A DNA stretch of 64,000 nt from Microbotryum violaceum (GCA_001244265.2 CDLV01000005.1:1674001-1738000), one strand, 5' to 3'. Positions 1 through 14,103 are shown, numbered from the stretch's first letter. A program made the numbers and translations. The notes: a model not told the origin generated them from the sequence alone.

Positions 1-1991
1 GTGTATCGGACAACTAGCATATTGAAAAGCAATTGAGGCTGTTTCTCTTGGGCGACAAGCAGCCAATCTGTGACGGTCGCGGTCGGCGCCTTGGTGAAGC
101 AGGAGCCCTTAGCTGGGTGGTGAGCTCGCCCAAAATGATGGCGTGGTTGATTGCCATCTTCAATACTCCGCCACGGTGAGCACAACTTGTCGACAAGAAG
201 TCGGGTTTTTTGCCCGTTTTGTTGGTGGGGGATTTGCGGAGCGGCGTGTTAGATGTGCCGAAAAAGAACTTGAAGTGCCGGGCCGCTTGCGTTGGAATTT
301 CGCCGGCCTGTTATGCAAAGTTGCAAGTCGCATGACAAAGCAGCAGCATGCGCTCCAACAAACGGTCAGTGTATGACCAATTCCGACGCACCATTGTACC
401 GAGCTGATCAAACCAAGTGGTACTTGTTTCCCTGCTGGCACCTTTCCGTGACTCGGCGACGAAGGCCTGCTTCAGCTGCGCGATGTCCCTTGCCCTCTTC
501 ACCCAGGCCGAGTTCCTCTCCCTCTCCGCCTGGTCCGGATCCCTCTCCCTCTTTGACCTCTTCGACTCCCTCTTCGAATCAAGGTCTTCCCCGGCCAGAT
601 TTGTTGAAGTAAATTACTCTTGCCTTAAATCCGCACTACGCGCGTCTCCACTTTATATTAGTCGCGCGCGCGATTCGCGTCTTTGTCTCCTCTTCTTCAC
701 TTGATTACGAACTCATTGGCTCGTCCCTGCCGCCAACTCGTTCAGCACATCGCTGTTCAGTTTCAATAAGATTCGCCGCGACCTTTTCCAATTCTCCGAA
801 CCAGGCTCCACCGGCGTTGAGTGTTTCGTTTTGGTGAAGCATACGGAGATCGCTGATGAATTCTCCCAAAGACGTTTCCCGCACGCTTCCTTCCCCGTAC
901 GACTGGGCCTTCTCCTCTGGAGTGCGAATGAAATCCTATTGGTCCGAGCTTTCGGAAATGGGAAAGAGCGGGGACAATGGGCGCTCTGGACGCTCCGACT
1001 CGAGGCTTGGGTCGGCACTCGATCGATCTCGCGCTGTCGCAACGCCTGGCAATTGCCGCGCGGTCCAAAGGCAGTGCACCACGTGCCTGATGCACATCAG
1101 CCGACTTGATCTTGGTTACGGGTGACACGCATAAGGAGGGATCATCATAATGAAAGAGTCTCACATTTACAAGGCGACCGCCGATTCGAAGCCATTCCAA
1201 AGCTGTCAATGGGACCAACGGCGCCTCCGAATCTCCGAGTCGCAAACTGGTGGAAGTAGGCAATACATTGGAGGTGGTGCGAGCGACATTGTGCTGCGCA
1301 GCTTGAGCTTTGCTTTAGATTGATACAAGACCGCTCATAGCTGAAGTGTGAGGTTGGGGGGCCGACCGAATCGCTGTGCGGGATCCGAAGCCACTAGGCG
1401 AGACTCGGAGCGAGGGGAGTTCGAGTCGAGCCGTTGGGAGAGGGGCGTGCAGATCGTCCTCCAGTCGGTCGAAAGCTCCTCGGCCGTCGACGTCACATGT
1501 GACTCTATCTCGTGAGTCGCCATCCATATCATCGGGTTCCTCATTAGATGGAGCACATCTCCCTTAGATGAATAGATCAGCTCCCGGGGGCTCTCTTGAA
1601 TATCTTTGGACGTTTTAGAGGTTTAAACTTTTTTTGTGTACAGACTCTAGATCTCGTGGTTTCCCCTAATAACGAGTTTCATGCTCTCTTAGCGAGGACA
1701 TCTCATTTCTGCCGCACGGCTCGGCCCTATCGACTGCAGTGAGTCCCACGCAATGGTTACACACGCTACACACAATCCTTGCCCCCCCCCCGTGCCAAAT
1801 TTTGACAGGACTTCAACAAAATCATGTGACAAATCAACCTCGAATTAGAACCATGTAACCTGTGCTAGATGGGTTTCCCGATCAATCGCGGACTCGGAAT
1901 CGGTTGTGAGAGGTCGAAGGAGGCCTCGGTAGACTTCTCGCCAGCGCCTGCCGCAACTCCGCACCTCACTAGTACTCATCGAAGATCGAAC

Positions 1992-4595
1992 ATGGCGCCC
2001 ACGAAACGACCTCACCCGGGCAGAGCTACGCCCATGGAGCATCCAATCAAGCATGTCCGCGCCTTGACATCACCTCCACTGTCGCATCATTCGTCATCAT
2101 CACGAACGACACTACGCGCGACACTGCGCGCGGCACCACATGCACACTCGACAGCACAGACCACAGAGCAGATCACAGCACCATCAAATTCGACGTCTTC
2201 GTCATTTTCGTCACGCAAATGCGCGACTACCGATGTCGTTCCGCCGGTTGACGCGTTCAGGCCAGAGAGACTGGGTCTTGCTGTGTGTCGCACGCGCGGC
2301 CAGGGCGAGCCGAGTCACGTGTGACAACGAGACGGAACTCGAGGGCTGACCCGGCTTTTGCGATCATAATCCTCCATGATGGACAGTGCACCCCACACAG
2401 ATTGCCTACAGTATCAACCTCGGTCATGTCAACGCGTTCAAGTTTCCGATCGTCCGCGTTCAACCCGGTGATGCCGGTCGCCGAGGCTCTACGGGAGGGT
2501 TCCTGGAAGGACGCCGACCAAACCCTGCTTTGCAACGAGATTCTCCCGCGCGTCCTACTCTACTCGACTAAAGATTTGATTGAGGAGATGTTTGACGTAC
2601 CAAGGACCCACTTTGAGCTGATGTGGCACCGTGCTGGCCTGTCGGGACTCGCGCAAGACGCGCAAGGGTCGCTCCTAGATCGCTTTCGAAAAGAGCAGGA
2701 ACTTCAAGCATCTACCGGCGCGGCCAAGAAAGATTCGGTGATGACGGCGAGCTGGGTGGAGGATGTTGCGCAGCATGTGAGTCGAAGCTGCAGTCAACCT
2801 CGAGCACAGTGGGGGCACCTATGTCCTCACAGTGCCACGGTCACGACAAGCGACCACACGAGTTCAAACTCTCGGTCGCCGCGGCTCAGCGCCCCTATCA
2901 AAACGGGGTGTACGACAAGGTTAGCGACTACGACAAACATACTGCTGTGTCTGATCTTCCCCTGACTACGACACCTTTCTTGGCCTGTGCAAGAGATGCT
3001 CCCACATCAACATCCGGCGCAATGTTCTGGAACCGAGCCATGGTCCCGCTCGCGGTCGGCCTCTCCCCGCGGCTTCCTACATGGGACGACGTGGGTGACG
3101 AGGCGCATGCGCCTGAGCTGGTCAAGGTCGTGTTAGATCTCGTCAAACACGTTCTTGCGCAACCGAGTCGACTGTTTGCGCCGGGCTTAGCGATCAACGA
3201 GACTGTGGCGTACTTGGTTGTGCTCGACCACGAGACGTGTTGAATCGCGACCATCTCGGACTGCTGGCAGAGGGGCTTCGGCGAGCTTGCGGCGGTGCTC
3301 TCGGTCCTGCTCGACCTTGACGTCTACTCGGCGGGGTTTCCCTCTTTCCTGCGCTACAAGTGCTTGCCTTCGAGTGGGATCACGGCAGTTTCGCTGCTCG
3401 CGTCAGTCTTTGACTCATCGGCGGGACGCTCCGTCCAGTTAGAGGAGGAGGAGCCGATCGCACTCTTGTCCGGCCCGGCTGGTAAACGGGGTTCGGTCTT
3501 CTCCCGGAGCACGGCGGTGTTTCATCTCACACGTCCCAGTTTGCAACGGGAAAGTGGAGATTCTGTAGCGCCATTGGGATTTCGTTCGTGTTTAAGATGA
3601 GCTTCGTCAGCCCAAGTACTGCGAACGTCAAGCTCGATATGCTCACACAGATCACCAAGGCGCTCGACGGCGGAACACTGCCGCCGAAGGTCGCGCAGCA
3701 TCTCGCTCTGCTTGAACTCGCCCAGTCACTCTCGCCTCATAAGTCGCAGGTTGAGGACGCTCGCCTACCCCGTCCACCAGCCCCGCCACAGGATAAGTTC
3801 TTGCTATTTTGGCCACCCCACTCCGAGGTGTCTCGACGCACGCTCGAGCTGCTCGTACTGCGCAACCCAACACCGCTGCCTGTGCCACTCGTCGATTTCG
3901 CGCGACCACTCGAGCCAAAACCGCTACCGCTACCGCTACCGCACATTCCACAAGTCTTTGATCAACTTCTCACCGTCCTGGCGATTTTGGCCGAGCGCAA
4001 CTTCCACCATCGTGATTTGTCTGTGGGCCACATCCTGCACTACCAAGGGCATCTCGTGCTGGTCGACTGGAGCGCAGGGATCAGGGCACCCCTCTCGGAC
4101 TCGGTGCTAGTAGGCGCAGAAGAGTCGTCGGGGTACCTGAAAGGATCGCCCGAGTCGGCTCCTCTGAATTGGCTTGAATCGAACAACGGCGTGGGTGCTT
4201 GCCCTCCGATCCCCTACCAGCCCGCGCACGCGCTGGAGTCGACCATCTACTGCCTGCTCGTGGTTTTGGCACATCGCATTGCGGCCCAAGAAGAGATTTG
4301 GCGCACCTTGCGCCTTCAACGCCGACGTGAAGAACGCGAAAGTCCGATCGATTATTTCTATTTGCGCTGCATGGTTTGGGAGCATGGCCCTTCGCCGTTC
4401 CAACGTCATCTTGTGAGACGAAGGCAGCTCCTCGCGGCGATCCGCGGCGAGGACGCCGCTCTCGGAGACCTGGTCGACGTTGTGACGGAGGAATGGCCTT
4501 TATGGCCTTTTATGAGGTCAATTGACAACGGTGGTAAGGCTTTGTGGGCAGCGATTTATCTCAAATTCCATGCTTTTGGTGGTAATGCGCAGTAG
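1992..4595 (+). pseudogene. FunK1/Pkinase_fungal-type protein kinase-like gene, copy 1 (disrupted)
   Basis: Pre-kinase motif AQPSRLFAPGLAINETVAYLVVLDHE and kinase motifs HHRDLSVGHIL...VLVDW. Intron 2777-2832 (GTGAGT..CAG). In-frame TGA at 3241-3243 where the paralog at 25 kb has CGG. Frame break near 3560-3585 before SFVFKMSFVSP. 5' exon boundaries uncertain. Confidence 0.75.
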
Positions 4596-5760
4596 AGGCT
4601 GTCTTGCCCAGCCTTCGTAAGCGGCACATCTAATCCTGCAACTCAGCTTTCTTTTCCTTCCTTTTGTGCAATGAGAACCGTTTCTACTCAAGAGCGTGTC
4701 CTGGGACAATCGTACGAGGCTCAAATTCGCTCGCATCAAATACGAGAAATGTGTGTCACTTCGGGCATCATCGAGTCTGAAAACGCAAATTGCGAAAAAC
4801 AAAGGGCATTCCGAGGGAGGTCGACGCGAAGTCGAAAGTGCCCTCGACGACTGAAGTACAAGGGAGATGAAGTCGCATCGCATCAGATGCATAATAGAAG
4901 CATGCAAGTAAGCATACAAGTAACGTGCTACAAATGACAATTTTTATCCCGCTCCTGCCAAGCATGCACATCGTGAACATTGCTGCTCTGGCGCTGGCGT
5001 TGGTGGTGCCCCGGGGGTTCAAGTTAACCTTGCTCGCCTGTTTGTTGTTATGCTGCATTGCTGCCGTGATGACAAGGAAACAGCACCCAAGCATTCAAAG
5101 GATCGAAACAAGTGATCACTTGTCCCAATCTTGATACCAAGCTTGACATGTCATCGATAGGAACAACATGACGCACGTTCGGCATGTCGACTCGGAGTGC
5201 GCTGCAATTTGGACCTTTGAGATTATTGAAGGCACTTTCGACGTTTCTGCCTACTTCGAAACGGGTTCTTTTTTTGGTTGATTTTATTCCGGTCGTTACA
5301 ATGCTTCCGACCGACACAGGGGTGTCTGCATTAGTGGACTCCTTCCCAGCCTTCCCTAACAGAGTCCCGCCGACAGTACTCCAACTGAGTCCCCCGCGCC
5401 GGCGTTTCCCGCCGAGTTGCTCGCCATACGTCGCCTTCACGCCACATCCCAGGACCGTCTCGATCCGATCCCGTGGAAGATAGCGGACCGTACGTGGTGT
5501 CTACTTCACTTGGCCACCTCGTGCAGTCTATTCTCCGGTGAGGGGTGCTCAGTGCTATCACGCAATCGATTTGGTATGTTCTGCATCTCCATCTGGGCTG
5601 TTTGCCGAGGAGACGTGCTTCCTTTGCCGTGCCGAACCGCCGGACGGACGTGCAGCCCGAGCAAGCGAGCCGGACTCTGACTCACCCTGGGTTTGTTTCT
5701 TGCCCAGTCTAAACCAGAGGTGTTTCCTGGTGCTCATCTGGAGGAAGAGGCTGTCGTTGC

Positions 5761-8333
5761 TTGTCACCTCCTCCTCGACCACAGGCACGAATCACTCCGT
5801 CTGCAGACGAACACGATCTCGACCTCGAACACGGTCAACTCGAGCGCCGCCAGCAGTGGACGTACGTCGCTGTCGTACGATCTTCAGCCGACACTTCAAC
5901 TTCCGTATCCGCCACAGCAGCGGCTCCCATTACTTTAGTGACTGGATTCGATACAGCGCCAGTGCCTGAGACTGTGGGTCGTACCTTACTTGACGCTACG
6001 TCCACCTCGCCGTTATCGCCCCGCGCTCCGCTATCGTCCTCGACATCGTCATCATCGTCATCGCTCGAGCCACAGCGCAGGAATAACAACTCCCCTTCGA
6101 CTGTACGCATCACCGTCAGCCTTCCTCTCGGTCGCAACTTCATCTCGCTCACTCGGAGTGCCAACCCGACCGATCTTGTCGTCATGCAACCGTCCAATGA
6201 GGACAGCCTCATCAGTGCCGCCTCGCGTCAGCTTCCCTCGATCGTCTCGCTCGGCTCGATCGGAACGCGACGCGTGTCCGGCCATGCGACCCCACCGAGT
6301 ACAGCCAGTGGATCTAACCGCTTGCCTGTCATCAACCGCAGACGATCAACGGCCGCGGCCAAGGCTACCTACTCCAAGCCGTTCCCGATCCCGACCTATC
6401 TCAGGCACTCGAGCTTTGCCGATCGATTCTTCACGACCCCCACCTTGGCCGAATCGAGCTGGCTCAATCCGACATCGGCCACGACGATCACCACCGCCGG
6501 GGCTGGCAAAACCACGACAAGTCCAACTTTAATCGGTCCTTCACCAGCCTATTCTGGCGATGGCGATTTCGAGCTGAGGTCGTCATCTGTGCCGTCCTCA
6601 ACCACGATGGCAACTCCCAAGCTGAGCGAAGGACTATTGGGCAACATCACCGCCGGTTCGGCCACAGCGGCAAGGATCCTGCTTCCGACTTGCTTCGATG
6701 ACAACGACAAGTGCGCCTTGATTGATCTCTCATCAGATGGGCTCACCGTTTCCTTTTCGGGCTCGGCCAAGTACGGCGACCGAGATGCAGCAGCCGTTCG
6801 AACAAATAGACCGATCCCGCCCCAGACCGCGGTGTATTACTTTGAGGTCATCATACTCGACAAAGGCGCACAGGGTTACATCGGCATAGGATTTTCACAT
6901 CGCAACGTCTCCTTGTCACGTTTACCGGGTTGGGAGGACCACTCGTGGGGCTACCACGGCGACGATGGCCGCGCTTTCTGCTGCCTCGGGACGGGTGAGC
7001 CGTACGGCCCTACATTTACGACGGGGGACGTCATCGGCTGTGGAATTGACTGGACGGGCATGGCTCCTCAATCGATGAAAGAGAGGCATCGGCCTAAGGA
7101 TGCCGACAAGAAGGGTGGCGGGCGGGCGTTCTTTACAAAGAATGGCGAGTTCCTAGGTCAGTGTGCGGATGGGTGCAATATGTACGGACTCCGGTTCGTT
7201 GATGTGCAGATTGCTTATAAATCGTGTATCGTACTCTGCACACGACAGGATACGCCTTTTCCAATCTACATGGATTTCTATATCCGAGCGTCGGACTACG
7301 GACACCGGGAGAAATCGTCAAAGCCAATTTCGGAGCTGAACCCTTTCGGTTTGATATTGACGCGTTAGTACAAGTGAGCCAAGGTCTACTTTTTCTCACT
7401 TCTGGTATGATCCTGCTAACAACTTTCACCATCGTCCACTAGGAGCGCAAAGGTGCGATCGGCGAGTCCATCGAGCGCACGGAAGTCCCATCAGCCCTCT
7501 TTCTACCCTCCCCGAAACCTGCGATCCCATCCCTCTTACCTGCATCATCAAGTCAGCGAGTACACGAGACGCTCGAAGCCTTGTTATTGGCGTACTTTGT
7601 GCACCATGGATACTCCGAAACGGCCCAGGCTTTGCAGACTCAAATGACGCGGGATCGGATCGAGCGGGTACGGGGCCTGATACCGGGCGCCTCGGCTCAG
7701 TACGGCGAAACAAACGACACCTCGTCCTCATATACAACAATGGCTGCGAACGACTCTGACTTGCGAGGCCAAATCCGCTCTGCCATCCTGGAAGGCAACC
7801 CGACCCTCGCCATCACGCTCGCTCAACGCCATTACCCGGGTGTCGTTGATGGCTCGCAGTTTCCCCTCGAAAGTGACTTTGACCCCGAAGGGGGAATGCT
7901 CTTTCAACTGCGCACGCGTGAATTTGTCGAGCTAAGCGCCAAGATCAATTCACCCTCCCCGTCCCCGTCCTCCTCCATGTCAGACGATTCCGACCTCGAA
8001 GAACTTTTTGCCCTCGGTCGTCAGCTCGACGCGCAATACAGTAGCGATCCTCGACCGCATGTCCAGGCAACACTGAAACAGACCTTCGCCCTTTTGGCCT
8101 ACGCTTCGCCTTCCCTGATGACCTCCCCTCAAATCCGCTACCTCTACTCGTCCGAGGCTCGCCAAGCCCTAGCGGACCAAGTCAACTCGCGCATCCTTAT
8201 CAGTCAGAAACTGCCGCCCAAGCCCGAGCTCGAGTCACTCTATCGGCACACGGCCGCGGTCATTGATCTGTTGGGGAGGGAAGGTCATGGTGCGGCGGCG
8301 TTGGTGCATATCAAGAAGGAGTTGTTGCCCTAA
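5761..8333 (+). CDS. RanBP9/10-like SPRY-LisH-CTLH-CRA protein (GID/CTLH E3 ligase scaffold family)
   Basis: [16 protein letters not shown]...[16 protein letters not shown]...[10 protein letters not shown]...[17 protein letters not shown]...NFG. Lis[26 protein letters not shown]...[10 protein letters not shown]. Introns at about 7157-7249 and 7374-7442. True start may be the ATG at 6184. Confidence 0.85.
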
Positions 8334-8598
8334 CGCCTTCCGGCGCGGCGAGGATTCGATCGAATTTATATACGTGGGATCAAATTGCTTTCCTCTGTGC
8401 GTTGACTGTTGATCTCCGAACACAATTGGTTGTTGTAAGGGATATTTGTTGTTCGCTCGATACTATGAAGCTTTGTCGATGAATGCTCTGGATGGTCGGA
8501 ACACGCCCATTCTTTGCCCGAACTGTGGGAAGTAATTACTGCGACGATTCGTTTAAATTGCATATTTCATGAACCGAGACAACGAAAGAGAAAAGAGA

Positions 8599-11500
8599 TC
8601 ATTCAGCCCCAGACAACAACTGCTTGAACTCGCTCGCGTGCTTGCCCGCCAAGACCTCGCCCTCCACGAACTGCGCAAACTTGGGTGCGGCGCCGGTAAC
8701 ACCCGCACTACTCGCAGTGGCGCCACCACTGGCGTTCGTCGTAGTGCCGAGGGTGATCCTTCGGTGCAATGCAGCAATGCAGCGCAAGGTTGATTTTTGC
8801 AGTTCGGCCAGACGTTCAGTCTCTTGCTTGACGGCCGAGTCCTTGAGGACCATGTCGAGCGTCGCCTTAAACGCGGGCACGCATTCGTCGAGGCCTGATC
8901 CAGCACACAAAAAGCTTGCGTTAGTTTGAAACGCCTGGAAAACGAGATTTTGCGACATGGAATTTACGCTGAGCCACCGCAATCGGCGCGACCATCGCCA
9001 ACTTGACCAACATAAGGTAGCACAACTTTTTAACGTCTTCCTCGTCGGTCAAACCCCGTACGACATGACCGAGGTACTCGTGCAGATCGGCGTCCTTGAT
9101 GCACTCGTCGAGCAAAGTGTGCATGCATTCGTACGCGGTCTTGCGGAGATCCAAGCCGTCGTCGACCTTGTGCTTGAACGGGCCCATTTCGACGATACGG
9201 ATCAGAGCCTCGTTCACGACGGTCTGTTGGTACAGCTCCGGCAGCAAGGTCGATAGGTGTTCACGAACGAGATGAGGCTTGTTGTGCGCCGCGGATGAGA
9301 GCGACGAGAGCGCCAATCGTCGAACACCGAGATCGGGGTCATGGATCAACTTGAAGAAGTCGACAATGAGAGGCGCGAGCAACAAGTCGTACGAGCTCGA
9401 CTCGTTGGTAAAGGTGAAGCGAATTGCAGCAATGACGGTAGCGCGCGTGTCCTTGGACTCGGCGTTGAGGCGCGATTGCAACTGCGGCAAGCACTTGGCC
9501 GGGTTCATAACGGTGAGCTTGCCGAGGCAGTCGGCCCCGACGTTGCGAGCGCCTTCGTCGGACGATGCCGAGTTGTCAAACAAGGGGGTCCACAGGGCAT
9601 CCGAGATCGAAGCCAGTGCTTCAGGCGACGAGTGAACAATGACCTCCTTTAACGACTGCAAGGCGAGGTACCGCTTCTTGTCGCCCGACTCGATCGCCTC
9701 AAGCAGTGCGGGAAGGTAAACGGTCGTGTTGCCAACAGCGATATTTCCGGCCGCATAAGCAGCTGCGCGACGAACTTCCTCCGAACCATTCCCAAAGTGC
9801 TTGACGACGTTGGGGAACACTTCAACCCTACTAGCTTCAAGATCAACGGATCGGCCAATCTCACCAAGCGAGAGAAAAGCCAGCACTTGGGCTGGGGTTG
9901 ACGATTGGGGCGAAGCGATGACGTCGCTGTACTGAGCAATGAGCCCCGAAGCGATTGAAGGCACCTCACGAACGACGATACCGATGCTACGACTCGCAGT
10001 GGAGAGCGTCGAGCCACTGTTACTCGCCTCGCCGGATGTTGAAGGCTTGGTGGGAGCCTCGATCGCGGCCTTGCTGATCGTCTGCACCAGTGGTAGAGGG
10101 TCGGCACCTGCGCGAACGTACGCTTCGAATACCTCAAGCAATGCATCGAGAGCGGGGCCGTGCTGCAGAAGAGGCGATTGCACGAGCTCGATCAAGCGAG
10201 GTAGAACCGAGGCCTCAACATCGTTTAGAACAGCGACCGGATCTGTGACCAAAAGAGCGGCGAGCGTTTGAAGGGTGAGAGGGAGGAGGTTGATGTCGGT
10301 GTCGTTGACGAGCGGCTGCAGCTCGATGAGCACGGCCGAAGACGTCTCGCTGGGGAGCGGGCTGCCCGGAGCACTCGCTCGTCCAAGCAACACCACGAGG
10401 CTTTGGAACGATGCGACCTTAAGCGGTCGGTGAATCTTGCGCAGAAGCATCGAAATGTCGACGAGGCACTCATTGATCCAGGTATCAAACTTGTCACCCT
10501 TGCACACCGGAGATTCAGCGACCTCACCGATAACCTTGACGGCAACGAGGCGGGACACCTCATTCTGCAAGCGAGCTCGGAGAAATTCGAGCGACGTGTC
10601 AAAGTCGTTTGAGAGAAGGTCACCAGCATGGTACAGCAAGGCGCCGAGACACACGATCCCTTTGGCTTTGACCTCTTCGTCGGCATCGGGGCTGGCAAGT
10701 CGCTTCATGGTCGCGTCGTAGATGGCAGTGAGATCGGGTGCGACCGAGGCGGGCACGGGCGTGGAAGAGGGTATCGGACAGAGAACCTTGACGAGCGCCG
10801 TCGACGCAACGAAAGCCTCGGCAGCGATCTTGTTGAACTTGTCCTGGATCGTCGCGACGTGCAAAGGGACCAGCTTCGACAGCTCGTCACTGAATGACTT
10901 GGCGGGATGTGTCCGGTAGAAGAGCGCGAGGAAGGAGAGCACTTCAATCTTGAGCTGCGTCGCCGCGCCCGACAATCCACTGTCGGACGTTTTGAGCGCC
11001 ACCTCCACGCGTGCCACGAGCTGTGTGATCTGCGACTCGACGCCTCCGTCGAGAACGGCGATGAGCTCGTGGAGCAAGGCGAAGCCAGCCTGGCGAATCG
11101 GAAGCGATTTGAAGTTCAATTGCTTGATGATGGACTTGGCGATAATCGGCGTCTGGGAACTCAGCTGGGCAATCGGGCCTTCTTCGGTGTCCATCTGGTC
11201 CGAGCTCCTCTTACGCTTCAGTCGGCCCATCGGGCTCACAGCACCACTCGAGAAGCTCGAAGGACCGGAAGACCGACCCCAGACTTTGGTGTGGGCCAGC
11301 AAAGCCGTGTACGTCCCCCACACCTCGACCTTGACGGTTTCTTCGCGTTCACTGAACCGAGCGATGAGGGCAGGCGAGATGGTGTGGTAGAACGACGAGA
11401 GCAGATCGGCGCGAGTCTGGATGCAAGCCGTGAGAAGTTTAGTCGCTGATCGGCGAACCTTCCACGAGGTGTCGTCGTCGTCAGAGTATCTGCACGAAAA

Positions 11501-13183
11501 GCGAAAGGACATAGGTCAGTTCTCAGGCCCGCTACAGAGTAGTTTCCGGTACTTACTCGTCGCCAAAGTCCTCATCGTCTTCGTCCTCTTCACCGTCATC
11601 GGAGGCAGCGCCCATCTCGACATCGTCATCCTCGTCATCCCCGGCCGAGTAGTTGGGGTCGTGTTTGAGCCATCGAGTACCTGCATCGACAATGGCCGAG
11701 AAATGGGAAGCGATGTCGGTGGGGCACTTGAGCACAAGCAACTCGAGACTTTGCAGAGCGCTTTCGCGCAGATCATCGTCGTCGTGGTCGAGCGTAGCCA
11801 GGACGAGGGGAACGAGGTTCGAGGCTTTCCTGCCCATCTTGCTCGGTGCGGCGCGTGCGAGCGAACCGACGAGTAGGACCGAGGTCTTGAGCGATTCGGT
11901 GTCGGACGTGTGCAGTGCCTTGGTGATGGTCGAATTGACGAGACTATCAAACACTATGGAATCGTTGGTCGTCGACACGAGCGTCGACAGGGTCGCAACG
12001 GCTCGCTTTCGCAGCGCGGGTCGTGAATGCTTGAGCAGCGGCACGGTCGCCTTGAGTGAAGCGTTTTGGATGTTGGGCAGGTTGCGAACACTGGACTCGA
12101 AACGGGAAAGGATGTCGGACAAAAGCTCAAGAGAGTCAAGGAGCAACTCGGACGAGGAAGCCGTCTGAAAGTTTCGACACAAGAAAACGACATGTGAGCT
12201 CAGTCAACTCTTATGTGGAGCTCCAAATGTGGGGGCGTTCGACTCACGTTCTGGAGCTGGGCGATGACCTTGGGAGCCAGTTTGGAGCAGCATGTTGTCG
12301 CAAGCGGTGTTCCGGGTACGACTGATGCAACGACCGTCTTGAGGCCTGTCCGAGGTAGTACAAGTCAAGGTCAGTCGAGGAGATTCTGCAGCTCCGCACT
12401 CTTTGTTGCAGGAGGCGACCTACCCAGGCTGGCGATATCACGCACGCCCTCATCCTTGCTGGCGGCAAAGTCGGTCAAGCGGGTGATGATGGTCTGCACC
12501 CTCGCATCGGATACTCGACCGCACAAAGCAGCGAGTCTGGTAAGAGCGGGTGAAGCGTGTGCGCACGATGTCCAATGTCAATCGAGCTGCTACTCTTCGC
12601 GGAGAGGGCACACAACACACGCAGCGCTACGCTCGACTCACGCCTTGACGGCCAGATTCTTGACTTCTCCATTGAGATCGTTCGTGAGGGTGAGGATCTG
12701 TTCCACGGTCGAATGCTCCGTTTGGTCGTCGAGGCCAAAGGTGTCACGCGACCGGTTGATCTCCGAAATCAGATCGTTCAGCGCCATGAACCTGCGACAG
12801 CGACAGCAACACTTATGGGCAAGCTCGTCGATGACAATACCAGACACTTTGACGCGTCACTAACCTTAGATCAGCATCTGGGTTACGCATCTGTGCAGCC
12901 GAAGATTAGAGAGGCAGACAAGGTGGAGCACATTGCACGTCAGTCAGCGTCCCATTAGCCCGTTTCGGTAGCCATCCATTGCCCCGGCACGCACCTTGGT
13001 CACCAGACCCTGAACGGCATAGCTGTTCTTGGCTGTGTAGAGCATTGAAAGCGGCACAACGTGAGAGCAGGGGTCGTATCAGCAGCGTCATCGCATCGAG
13101 TAAAGTGGAGGCGAGCTGATAGATTCACTGCTACAGACGCCGGCGCACGAGCACTATAATACAAGCAAAGACTCACCTGACAT
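8599..13183 (-). CDS. CAND1: Cullin-associated NEDD8-dissociated protein 1 (TIP120), multi-exon
   Basis: Spliced N-terminus MS|AKNSYAVQGLVTK|MRNPDADLR|FMALNDL (7-nt first coding exon). Family motifs YSDDDDTSWKVRRSATK, RFSEREETVK and IRIVEMGPFKHKVDDGLDLRKTAYECM; HEAT-repeat composition. Confidence 0.95.
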
Positions 13184-13977
13184 GACGAACAGTAGCTCTC
13201 GCTCTTTTCAAGTGGACAGTCTCAAGGTGGCTGAGCGAAACAGCGTTGACGTGTGGACGAGAGCGCGCGAGAGAGCTGAGCTCGACTGAGGCCTGAGGCA
13301 CCACGTCGCGAACAACCAACTAAAATTGACTTTTAGCGCGTCGAACCCGTTTCACGTCTCAGCAGTGCAAATCGTTGCCTGATTGCCTCTGCACACGGAG
13401 AGATCCGGACGATCCACTGCATGACCTGGGAGATAAAGCAAGACCGATAATCTCGAGGAACAAGTGGCTGAAGGTAGAAATATAACCTGGCAGTTGCCTC
13501 AAAACGCTAATCACTCGGTCCATATAGTGTCAAACTCGTGAACAAAACTCAAGCATCTACTGCGCGTCATCATTATCCTTCCACAGCGAGAGCGTTGTCA
13601 ACAAGAGTGGAACTTTGCGTGGGCCCCTTCCGATAAGTCTTAAAACCCTTTGGCATTTCATAGCTACAGGGGCCATCCTTTGTCGCATGGTCCACCAAGT
13701 CTCCGAGTCGGGCATTGTCCTTGCGGAGGATTGCAAGAAGCTTCAAGTTCGCTCGTCCCGATCGCTATAAACGTTCCTACGATCGGCCACCCTTCCGAAG
13801 CATGTCTTGTATGAAGAAGTGAACGTATTTTTGTGTCGCACCGTGTAGTCTCGCGTATCGGTGCTGAACGAGTGGGAGAGCTCTCTGGAGGATTCGACGT
13901 GCGCATCGCTTTTCGGCTTTTGCTGCAAGAGTTTGACGCTGAGGACTTTAGCGCGCGCGACTTCAACACCCGCAGCC

Positions 13978-14103
13978 GTAAGCCGTGCCCGCACGCAGGC
14001 CTCTCGCTGTAAGCCGTGCCCGCACGCAGGCCTCCCGCAGTAAGCCGTGCTCGCACGCCTGCCTCGAGCATAAGCCTTGGCCCGTAAGCCGCACCCGCGC
14101 AGG
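13978..14103. repeat. 31-bp tandem repeat (3 full units plus partial units)
   Basis: GTAAGCCGTGCCCGCACGCAGGCCTCTCGCT / GTAAGCCGTGCCCGCACGCAGGCCTCCCGCA / GTAAGCCGTGCTCGCACGCCTGCCTCGAGCA starting at 13978, 14009 and 14040. Confidence 0.9.

Noticed and set aside
1..1300. Several short ORFs on both strands at the window start
   Set aside because: No recognisable domain or coherent exon chain; may be a degenerate gene but cannot be supported.
3241..3243. Premature TGA as programmed readthrough or A-to-I editing site
   Set aside because: The paralog has Arg rather than Trp here, and the gene has a separate frameshift, so simple decay is more parsimonious.
5761..13183. Convergent pair of ubiquitin-system regulators (RanBP9-like and CAND1) as a functional cluster
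   Set aside because: They act in different E3 systems, and adjacency of two housekeeping genes in a compact genome is not evidence of co-function.
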